Below are positions 51,866 to 64,000 of a stretch of 64,000 nt of DNA, one piece after another. Position 1 is the first letter of the stretch; each line of letters opens with the position of its first letter. Below the pieces are notes generated by a model that had not been told where the DNA came from, made no database searches, and saw only the letters and a list, made by a program, of their open reading frames with translations. Source of the DNA: the human T2T-CHM13v2.0 reference genome, Homo sapiens; assembly GCF_009914755.1 (NCBI RefSeq), contig NC_060942.1. One strand, written 5' to 3'. A program made the translations under genes and the position numbers.

Positions 51866-53094
51866 CTGAAAAACAAAGCAGGGGTGGTGCGTGACTATTT
51901 TTCAGAACAGATGTCTCAGGCCTTTTTCTTTTATTTAACATTTAGAAAAAAGGACAATTTAAAAGAGGATGGTTGTCAGAATGTGTAGCCTGCTTTTGCT
52001 TTCTGCTTTTTTCTTGCTACTTGCTTTGTTTTGTGCTGTTTGGGGGGCTTTGACTTTTTTCCTCTTACAAGTTTACAACGGATGTTAAAGTGAGGCTCTT
52101 CCTCTAAATCACTCAGACAACCCAGTGAATGTCCATTGGTCCCACTTCCTCCTACCACCCACCCATTTCTCCCATGTCCTAATCATAGGAATAGTCATGA
52201 TATTCTTGGGCACTTCCTCTGGGCTGGGCCCCACGTGCAGTGTGTTGCACGCAGTGTGTCTCCAAGCTTTTATAACAACCCACTGAACAAACATGAGAAG
52301 TAGCTGAGCTGGGCTTGGGCCCTGGTCTGTGTATTCTAAAGCCCAGGTGCTTGGTCACTGTCTGCCGTGTGCTCATTCCAGTCAGTTACTACAGGAAACA
52401 TCTGTTTACAGGATTGTGTCTGCTGGAGATAACTTAGGGAGAAGGGAGGAGGCCACTGGAATTGGTGTGGTATCAAAGAAAGCGCTGCATTGTTGCTAGA
52501 TGGGCTGCAGTTTTGGTCTCAGTCTGCATAAACCTTGCCGGGCCTCAGTTTTCCTAGCCGTCAAATGAGGGTAATAATAATACCTATGTTCTAGGGTTGC
52601 TGTGAGGTTCAAGGGGGCAAATGCCTCTCACGGTGCCTGGCATATAGAGGGTCTAATGAGTGGACACTAGCATTAGCATGCGTGGGCTCTGCCTCCTCAG
52701 CCTTCTTCGCTCTTCCTGACTCCTCTGGAGCCATGCGTGGTCCCTTGCACCCCACTCCATCCCTACAGTGTTCATGCCTCTCTCTGTCCCCACAGGTGCC
52801 TGGTGGCAGCCCTCAAGCTTCTCTGCATTATAATTATTTCAACAGCCACCAGAAGGAGCCACACATCTCCAGGCTTGATAGGCAATATCTTCCAGGAAGA
52901 ATCATGAAGATACAATTCCAATGCCACGAATGCTTCTAGCCACTGGATGAAACCCAAATCTCTGTAATGTTGCCTCCCATGTTTACGTGACTAGGAATTC
53001 GTGATATCTCTGAATCCCCAACAAGCCTGCAATTTCCAGATGTAAACTATCCTTAAATTATAGTTTTCCCCAACCAAGTATGTGGCAGGCATAC

Positions 53095-53231
53095 CTGTTC
53101 CTCTCTAGTGTTTATGAAAACAAGATGTGAAGACTTGTCTTCACAGAAAAGCTTTGCATCCTCAAAAATTTCTTTCTCAACTGAAAAATAGTAGCATTTG
53201 TCTGTGAAGTTCTTCCAGTGAGGCGGGCAGC
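53095..53231 (-). CDS. COLEC12: COLEC12 C-type lectin domain exon 1 (exon 7), 137 nt
   Basis: ttccTAG|GC TGC CCG ... GAA CAG|GTATGC. Encodes CPPHWKNFTDKCYYFSVEKEIFEDAKLFCEDKSSHLVFINTREEQ, a long-form CTLD N-terminus; phase matches both flanking exons. Confidence 0.98.
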
Positions 53232-53986
53232 CTAGGAATGCAAAAGTGGAAAACATTGATTAAAAGATCACAGAAAGCACTCTGCCTTTCTTCAGCTGTG
53301 TTTCAGAGGCCAAAACTGTGGTCCCGCTGGGAGCAGCCTGAGCGTCCCTGCACGAGGCCCACAGCTGACGTTCACGGACGTGCTCGCAGCAAGCATGACC
53401 CAAAGTGGACTGCAGAGCACAAGCCAAAACCACATAATCTGGAAAAGATCTTTGACTGGGTCTTTGTTCTTCTGTGTCTGGATCCGTCTTCACAATGACA
53501 GAAATAACAGAAGCAACAACAAGAAGCAGGGCAGGCACAGATGTTCAGCGTCAGTCTGGAATCATACGGAACCCAGGAACACTTGGATGTGAGAACCCAG
53601 CACCAAAACTGGGCTCACGGATCAACAAAAATAACCCGGGCCTCACCGACCAAAATCAAGTAGAATAGCGGTTGGGTCAAAGGAGAGAAAAATAGGCTTG
53701 GTTGCTAACCAAACATTCGAGTTTTGCCAAAGGTTTAATTATCAAAAGACTAGAAGGCACCGTAACATCTAACACCTTTCTCAAAAAGAAATTAAATGTA
53801 GTCATCAATAGCAGAGGGTTCCATCCACATGTTGATGGAGCTAACCGAGGGAGCCCATCTATCTCCAGAGTGAGGATGTAAAACGAGGGAAGAGCGCTCA
53901 GGGCGGCCAGCAGGCTTCCCTGAAGGAAATGTTTTGCATTGTGTTTGTCTTCTGAGGGCTGGCTCCTATAAATAAACAAGTGCAAG

Positions 53987-54829
<843 letters not shown>

Positions 54830-55318
54830 TATTGTCCTCCGGTGCCGGGGTTGGCTCATTCTGCAGGGCCAGGGGCACCACCGCTCCTGATGGGCCAGGA
54901 GGGCCGGGGGGGCCCTTGGGGCCTGGCATGCCTGGTACCCCAGGCAAGCCTGGCAGTCCCCGAGGTCCAGGCACCCCAGGCTCCCCAACGGTGCCCTGAA
55001 GTCCCTGGAAGCCAGGAGGGCCCTGAGGGCCGGGGAGTCCCTCTTTGCCTGGTGGGCCCGGGGGGCCTGGGTCCCCACTGGGGCCCTGAGGGCCGGGCTT
55101 CCCAGGGGAACCACGGGAGCCTTTGGGGCCCTGGGAGCCTTTAGATCCTTTGCCGCCACGCTCTCCGGGGGGACCAGCTGGTCCAATTGGGCCTCTCTCA
55201 CCCGCAGGGCCAGGTGGTCCAGGCTCCCCCTTCTCTCCTTTCTGTCCCTTGTTGCCAGTTGGGCCAGGGGGTCCCTGGGATCCTCTGTCACCTCTTGGAC
55301 CCCTGGGGCCCGGTGGAC
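54830..55318 (-). CDS. COLEC12: COLEC12 collagen-domain exon (exon 6 by recalled numbering), 489 nt, phase 1 to 1
   Basis: Acceptor gcttTAG|GTCCACCG and donor GACAATA|GTAAGT. Translates (G)[32 protein letters not shown]...[31 protein letters not shown], with 49 uninterrupted Gly-X-Y triplets and a basic Lys/Arg cluster typical of class A scavenger receptors. Confidence 0.98.
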
Positions 55319-55473
55319 CTAAAGCATAAAAGAAAAAGGTGTCAACATGAAATCCACTGTGAATGATAGTTATGAATAATTTTTCTTCTTATAAAATCTC
55401 CAAATTAAAAAAACCTAGCATACAAAGTATATACAGCAGGGAAAGACCATCTGTTTATCATACTACTGTAGAC

Positions 55474-55866
55474 TGTTATGGGCTAAATTATGTCCTCCTC
55501 CAAATTCTTATGCTGAAGTCCTAACCCCCAGCACCTCAGGATGGGACTTATTAAGAGACACGGCCTTTACAGAGGTCATCGAGTTAAAACGAGGTGACAT
55601 GAGTGACCCTAATCCAATAGGACTGGTGTACTTAAAGAAGAGGGGATTAGGTCACAGACACATAGAGGAAAGATCGCTTGAGGGCACAGGGAGAAGATGG
55701 ACTCCTGCAAACCAAGGAGGGAGGCCTCGGAGGAAACAACACTGCTGACACCTTGATCTTGGGCTTGCGGCCTCCAGAACCGTAAGGAAAGAAATGTCTG
55801 TTGTTTAAGCCTCCCAGTCTGTGTACTGTGTACTGTGTATATGGCAGCCCAAGCAAGCCAATATAC
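55474..55866 (+). mobile_element. MLT1 (MaLR) LTR
   Basis: 'tgttatgggctaaattatgtcc..gaagtcctaacccccagcacctcag' ... 'ggcagcccaagcaagccaatata'. Confidence 0.85.
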
Positions 55867-56929
55867 TGTGTGTTCTTCAGTAAGCTCACCCTTCTTCTTC
55901 AAGCTTTTAGAATGTATTGTAACAGTGCACAACGTTTTAGTGCCCCACTGATGTCCTTCATGGTGACACTGACAGCCAGGGGCTTATTCTTCACAGTGAC
56001 TCACATGATTAAACTGGGTTCTCTTAGTCACCTGGGCCTGTGTTGTCATCAGCAGGAAAGTTGTGTAGACCAGGATCAGGATTTCCTCTTACTTATTTCC
56101 TCTTGTCCTTAATTTGGTAAATATTTATTAAAGGCTTATATGACAAGCACCGTGTTAAGGTATTGTGGGATAAAGAACTGAAGGAGATTGATGTATTAAT
56201 TCTCTCCCCATAACCAAGCCTATAACTTCCCTGTAAGCTTCCTCTCTGTTGTACCCCAGCTGGCATGCCTGTGCTGTCCACCAAAGCTGTGGGGGTGCTG
56301 CTGTCCTTAGGGCTGGGCCTCACTCACCCATGGGCCAGCTCAGAGGGACGGGAGGTCTCTGTGGGAAAGCCTGGTGGGACTTTGCTGCCCATTGTGGACA
56401 GGTGTCCAAACTCTCTGGGTGGGTTTGTAAGTCTAATAATACACATAAGGAAGGTAGGCTAGAGAAAAAAGGTATGTGGACCATCTAATTGGGAAGAAAA
56501 GCGAATACTGCTCATCCCCATTATCCCACAAAGAGGCCCATGTAACACAGGATTGTTTTTCTTTCTTTAATTTCTCAGGGGTAACAGGAAATTTCACACA
56601 AATAATCTCCTACCAGGAACTGTATAGTGAATGACAATTTTCAGGGTACTTTCACATACATTATGCCACCTGACCTTGCCTGTGCGGTAGAATTCTCATT
56701 GCATAAATGAGGACATGTAGGGCCAGAGATGCCAAACTATTTGTTCGAGGATACTTAGCTACTAGGAACAGATACCAAGGAGAGTAAGACATGGTCAGTC
56801 ACAATCTAGTAGTGGAGCTGGGGCATGAACTCAGGTCTTCTGATGTTGAAATGAATGAATCTTAGAGTTTCTGAAATCTCACAATTCTGCATGAATAAGT
56901 AAAAGGCCACACTTAATCTCTCTCTCTCT

Positions 56930-57258
<329 letters not shown>

Positions 57259-60200
57259 TTACTTTTTCTACAGAAGCAGAAAGCCTCTAAAGTTAGAAGG
57301 ATAGAAGTGCTGGAGCAATGGAGGATGGATGGCAGATCTACCCTAAGTTCCTTTATCCCTCCTGCTCCTTGGCCTCCCTCTCCCATTGGTCTGAGGACAG
57401 GACCTTCCTACCTCTGTAGGGGGATCTCCCTGTCTCCTTCCCAACCCAGGTCTTGATGGATGTCTTCTGTACCCTAATATCCATGGCTCCCAGTCAAGCC
57501 AATCCGTCTGTGTTCTCTCTTAGCAGAAGCTTAGGCTCTGGACTTAATTTGCTTACGTAAGGCTACCCATATCTTGCTCACAGATTTATAAGCAGGACCC
57601 TCTTCCAGTGGTAAAGAGAGTTTACGCTAATGGCAAGGACTGGCCTAAATGCATTCTTTCTAGTGTTATCTGCTCCATAAATGGGAGACTTTAGAAGACT
57701 TAGGGATGAACTCACTTCTACCTAGACCCATGTCACTGACCTCTGCCCACAGCTCCTGTTGACTCCTCCTTGTCTTCAGCAACCCTGGGCTCTGGGTCCT
57801 TATTTGCACCCGCTAGTGAAGGGTCCATTTTCTCAGGTTCCGCCAGCACCTCTAACCTGCGTGTCTACAGCTGAACTTCTTGTCTCTTTGCTGTGCGTGT
57901 TCTCCTTCCATCATCCCTTCTCCCACCACATTGCCACAACCCTCTTTTCCTCGCCCTGACCCTGGTCATGACCCTAGTGTGGGCTCTCTTCTTCCCACCT
58001 CTCTCTGTCTTTTTTGGAAGGTGTTCACAGTAACTTCTTAATTGATCTTCCTACCTGTGATTCCTCTCCATTCATTCCACTCTGACTTTTGTCTTCCTTA
58101 AGCCCAGCTCTGATCTCCACTTGCTCAAGAATATGCAGCCCCACCTGATCAGTCTGGCATGAAGGCTCCTCCCAACCTAGTCTCGCCTGTGTTTATTCCA
58201 TCCTCCTCTGTATTTTCCAAACATCTCTTCTCCGACAATTTCCTCTGCCCATGTCCTTCTGCAAAATTCCTGGCATCCTCCCAGGCCACTTCAGATGGAA
58301 GTTTTCTCTTCTTCTCTAATCTTTTAGTCCTTGTTTGTTCTACTCAAGACCCTTCTCCATGTCTAGCCCCTTGTAGGGTCTGGCTCACAGTCACTATTAA
58401 GCAAGTGTTTATCAAATACATGCGCATCATGGTTAAAAAGTCCAGCACTCTAACGCTCACAATTTGTGCCCCAGGTGAGATCAGTAGGGACAGGTTTTTG
58501 GGGAAGGGTGACCTGCCTGGTGCCCCGCATCTTATAATCTCTGTATCAGGTGGGCTGTGACTGCCACTACGAAATAATCATAAGGAGATCCATCTTTCCT
58601 TGCTACTGACCCTCATGAATTAATCCAGTGGGTCTCCACATCCACAGTTGGACTTTTTTTTCTGCCTAACCTGGTCTGGCTCACCTAAATAGCCTATGCC
58701 ATTTAGTAAAGATCGGGAAGGTAGACTTTTTGCTGCCAGATCTATCTCCTTTAAAAAAGTAACTTAGTGCCTCTGTGTAGTTGGGAAATAGCATCCCAGA
58801 GATGAATAGTGGTGAAGGTGTCACGTATGTTCCGCCACAATGGACGTAGCATTATGGATAGTTCTAGGGAAAAAATACTGACAATTTAGGCCAAAACAAA
58901 ACAAAAAATTCTAGTGTATGTGGAGTAACTGCAAAATTAAAATAAACTTTTTTCTCAACTATTTCTGTTTTACTTATGTTCTGTGTTGAACTTTAGGAAA
59001 TCCAAATAATGAAGATGGCATATTGGGAAATTCAAGTGTTTTAAGAAATAATCTTTAGCCTTATTGTCTTAATTTTTTTTTTTGCTGATAATTTGTGTTT
59101 CTCCATCACTCACATCTGGGGTTGGTGCTATCCTTGCAAGTTATGGGAAATGAGTTTACCTGTGACCATGAAAGAGGGACTGATCACAGGCTTGTGTCTG
59201 CTCAGACAGACTGCTGGTGGGGGGAGCTGTATTTCTTCCAGAACACCTTCTTCTAGCTTGTGACAGAGTTCCAAAGATACAACTCTCCCTTCCTCTCCTG
59301 ACATGAATCCAAGGCCTCCCTCACCTGGGGTGACAGCTTTTCATTCATCCTATTTCTTTCTGGGGTAGGGTAGTTTATGGTGTTCAGCTATTTTCCTCTG
59401 GACTGGAAGTGGCTATTGAATCTCCCCACCCAGTCAATGTGTAAGTTGTGGCTTACGTGAAGAATGACCTCAAACGTGGATCCCACAGACAGCACAAGAT
59501 TTCAGCAGGTGCTAATCTCCAGATCTTGTGAAGGAAGGGAGTAAATATCGGGGGGAAATGCACGTTTTTGCCGTTGATAAAGATCTCCAGTTCTACTTGT
59601 GATTGACTTCCCAGCAAATTTCCCCATCCGAAGTACTACATCTATCCTAAATAGGTTACCTGTCTTTCTCTTAATCAGATAAGGCTTAATATTCCTGGCT
59701 GTGGCTAAACTGGCAAGCCCACTGTGATTGGTGTCTTCCATTACAGCTGCCCCAGCCTTCCAAAAACCACAAAGGAGCTGGCACTCTCTGCCCTCAGATG
59801 CTGGGTTAGGTCAAAACATATTCTATGTGTCTTACAGATCAGGAGATTCACATAATCTACTTTGGCTCATTAAGACAGGCTAGAAATTTCCTGGATTTTT
59901 TTTCCTTTAAAAAAATCATTGAGAAGAAGAGCTAAAGCCATTTAAAAAGTCAATACTGGCTCCTCATAAAAAAGTAGATTATTAATGCCAGGGTTGGTTT
60001 TCCTCTAGGACCCGGGATGCTGGCACTGCTGATTAGCATCTGGATGATCTCAGGCTTTGAGGTTGCACTTGAATCTTTTATTGGGCAGCTGTCAAGGTGA
60101 AAATAAAATGAAATAATGAAATAAAATAGAAGCTACCCTTAGTGCCTGAAAGCAAAAAAAAAAAAAAAAACAAAAAGAACAGAGTGTTTATGAGCTTGTG

Positions 60201-62132
60201 CAGCAACAACTTGAATTCAGAGTTGAGAAAACAGCAACGCCGCATGTGGAAACACATGTGATGTCCTACGTGGAAGGACATTTGAGGTTTGCTTTCAAAC
60301 TGACTGAAATTTTAACTCAATGTCAAGGCCAAGTAGGGGTGGCTCACTGGCTCGGGTTTCTGAAATGCCAGGATACCCACGCGGCTGGTAAAGCTGTCAC
60401 AAGCTCCAGAGATGCCTGAATATGAACAATACCAGAGCTCCAAGCAGCCCGAGGTTTGTGCTGTCAGTGACACCTCTACCCCACGGTCCCCAGGCCCACG
60501 GTTCTGGGAGCCTTGAAAACCTGAATTTTCTAAATAAGCAGTTCAAAGAGGATGGAAGACTTTAAATCACTGTGCTGTTTGTGCTCTGGCAAACCAAACT
60601 GTAGGCCTGAGAAGTGCCCAGCCCAGTTTCCTACCCAAGAGAAGTTTCAAATGTGTTTTCCAACAAAACTCCCGGTGCTTAACAAAAGGAAGAGAAACCA
60701 CTTTAATTCTTACTGCCATCCAAAATCTTAGAGACTCAATGTTAAGACCCACTGGTGGTAAGATTGGAAGATAGACAAGGTAGAGGAAAAACAGTGATAC
60801 AATCTGATACGTTTTTCTTCTCATTTAAAAATCTACTTTGAATGCACTTAATCAAATATTTATTAAATGCCTACCATAGGAAAAAGTCATTGCGCTTCAC
60901 TGAGGTGAAAAGGAATGTACAGATTAAAAAGAAATACAGTTGGGCTTTTGGAAAGCCTTGGAAGCACCTTGTCCACAGAGGAGGGTGTATTTAACCACTG
61001 TTTCTTGCCAATTGTCCATGGTCTGCTTCTGAGCCTGTTAATGGATGCTCTCCAGGATCTCCAGTCATGCTGTCTTGTTTGGGGAAGTGTAGCATGAGGG
61101 AGTGGTTGGCAATGGGAGGAACTGAGGCCCCTGCCTGACCCACATTGCACTGTCCCCTGTCCCGTCAACCTTCATGTGCACCTTTCAAGTTTCAGCTGAA
61201 ATGTCAATCCCTATTGAAACTTTAACCAATTGCTCTGCTGTCAGTAAACTCTCTGTCATTTCCACCTCCCCAAACATGTCATCTATTCATGGTGGAAGCA
61301 TGAATTTGCAACTAGACAGACCTGAGTTTGGCACTGTCTGCCATTTACTAGTTGTTTGGCCTTGGGTAAGTTACTCAGGCTCTCTGCGTCTCAGTTCCCT
61401 CCCCCGCAAATGGGGAATGTCAATAACTCCTCCCTTAAAGAGTTGTAACAATGAAAGCTGATAATTTATCCAAGTGCTTAGCAGCGTGATTGGCATAGCA
61501 TAGACACCCCAGAAATGTGGACTGAGAAAATGAGTGAAAGCTAGCTAGATGTCAGCATCCTGGGGTCTGATTCATCTCTAAGGCTGGGCACTAGAAATCC
61601 AGCAGTAAGCACTTTTAGACTCAAATCATCCTTAACCCCACCTGTGTGATTTTATTCTTTGTGCATATGAAGCTGTTTTGTTTTCCACTGTAATGTACTG
61701 GCTACAGCTGCAGCAGAAGGGAAAGCTTTGAAGGAAGTGACCTTATTTACATTTGGGTGTTATGCTGACCCCACTCTAGACACTGCATTAAGTACTTTCT
61801 TTATATTACATCTTTGGATCCTCATAACTCTAAAAGGTACACACAGATGAGGAAACAGAGGCACTGAGAGGATGAGGAACTTGGTACATGAATCCAGCTC
61901 TGTCTGATTCCAGAGCTCTTGTTCTCACTCATTAAATCTGATGACTCTCGGAAGAGCAGAGAGGGAAGATGTCTGATTGTACAGGAAGGATGCAACTGAT
62001 GCTTTCCTTAGCTTGCAGAGGAACAGCCCAGGAGGTGGAGTGATCTTTGTACCTAGAAGCATGTGTGAGAAGTCTTCTGTGTACATAATTAGAATAAAAA
62101 TCTTTATATGATTTTTATCAAAAAATAAGGTT

Positions 62133-62364
<232 letters not shown>

Positions 62365-64000
62365 AAAAAATAAGGTTTTCTTAACAAGGCTTCTTGGTTG
62401 ATGGATGTAGAGATACTGTGAACATCTATCTCTACACTATCATCTGCCTTCGGCACAGTCAGTCAGCTTCAGCTCCCAATTCCTAATGCGGCAAATGTCT
62501 ATATGGCTGAACTGGACAGTGAGCACTGGGGTTCATCAAGTGCGAGTCAACAGGAATTTTCCGGAAAGCATCAGATTATTTTGAATCTTGCAGATGCCAG
62601 CCCCACATAAGCCAACGTTAATCCATCCTGCTTTATCCATCTGCCCTTCATCCTCTGGGATGAGATCTGCATGTACAGAAAGGGAAAGGTGCTAGAGAGA
62701 AAAGGTGTGGAAGAAAACACTTGCATTCAGAAATGGAGTTCCTTCTTCCCCTCAGTCTCTCGTTCCCTTAGAATACCTGCTGGGCATTGCTGGTCTGGAG
62801 GCAGTGGAATAGAATGAATAGAAAGGGAGCAGCTTGGTTGGCTTGGGAAGCTTCTCAGATCAACTCACAGAAAGTGCAGTGAACAACAAGACCAGTGATA
62901 AATGTGATAGTGTCTCTGAAACACCTTGGAGCCTGATTTCAGAATTGAGATTTTCTTTATCACATATGCTTTTCCATGAGTCGGAAACCTCATTCTATTA
63001 TAATAGACATCATCCTGTTAACGTGTCTACATGGGCCTCTTTTTCTGCAGCTCCCCAGTCTGTATCACCATCCACCTCACTGCTCATGCTAGAGACTTAG
63101 GAAACATCCTGTTCCTCTCTTTCACTCACTCCCCACAGCCAATCCATCAGCAGGTCCTGCCTGCCAGTCTCGTCCAGACACTCACACCAACCCCCTACCA
63201 TGTGTTCAATTTCTGTCTACATCACCCCCAATCCCTACAACACACAAGTGCCTCTTGGCTGCCCCTTTGCTTCTGGGCACATTGGGTAGGGAATTCCAGG
63301 GTCCTGGGCACAAACATGGACAAGCAGGGGTTGGTGTGGGCTCTGAATACTCACAGCACCTTGAGGCCGAGGACTCCTCACCTCAGCAAGGCTCAGGTGG
63401 GGGAGGCCGGCCGGGACCTCCTTAAGCTGGGGTCCCTGTTGTCAGGGCAAGGAAAGGGATGCCCTTGATTCTATCTCCAACTCTCCTCCTGAATGAGGGT
63501 ACCCACTTCTCCCTTCTCCACTGCCAGCATTCTAGGCCAAGTCACCAACAGCTGGTCCGTGCTCTCGGTGACCCCTCCCTGCTCTCTATTCTCCTCGCAG
63601 CCCCCAGAGTGACCTTGTGAAAATATAAAGCAGATCATCTCAACACCTTGCTTAAAACCTCCCCCTCACGCTTAGAATAAAATCCCAACTCCCTGACCTT
63701 CTAGGCTCTCTCTGGGGTGACCGGGTACCGTAGGGAGGGGCACACACTTTCGGTGACTATCCTTGGAGTTAATGGCATCAGGTTTGGCACCAGACAGCCT
63801 GGGCTCGGATTCCACTGAGCTACTTTTTACTTGTGTAAACCTCAGCAAGTTACTCAAACCTTCTAAGCCTTAATTTCCTCGTCTATAAACTGGCGATGAC
63901 ATTGTAAGTAGCTGCTTCATAGAGCTGCTGTCAGGATTCATTGGGACGTTGGTGAAAAGTGCTCAGTACATTCACTTTCAATACTAGCTGATAAAAGAAT

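Overview
Primate, almost certainly human, genomic DNA rich in Alu, L1, LTR and DNA-transposon relics. The right 40% holds the 3' part of COLEC12 (collectin-12 / CL-P1 / SRCL, known to lie at 18p11.32) on the minus strand. I mapped five coding exons to the base: the collagen exon (49 Gly-X-Y triplets), three C-type lectin domain exons and the terminal VLSSAL* exon, all with GT-AG ends and consistent phases. The left ~36 kb shows no gene I can support; it is mostly transposon relics, including a Tigger1 with both TIRs, solo LTRs and ERV-L pol remnants. Almost all ORFs in the supplied track are repeat-derived noise. I see no wholly new gene system. The best leads are: (i) a coding allele at the -1 base of the collagen-exon donor that may tune read-through to a lectin-less isoform; (ii) alternative poly(A) signals that would include or exclude an inverted-Alu pair in the 3'UTR; (iii) two template-switch-like inverted insertions inside Alus; (iv) an AluY with a 19-bp deletion and AT-to-GC changes shared with its inverted neighbour. 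Repeat subfamily names, exon numbering and residue numbering come from recalled consensus or reference sequences and need database confirmation; repeat boundaries are approximate unless a TSD is quoted.
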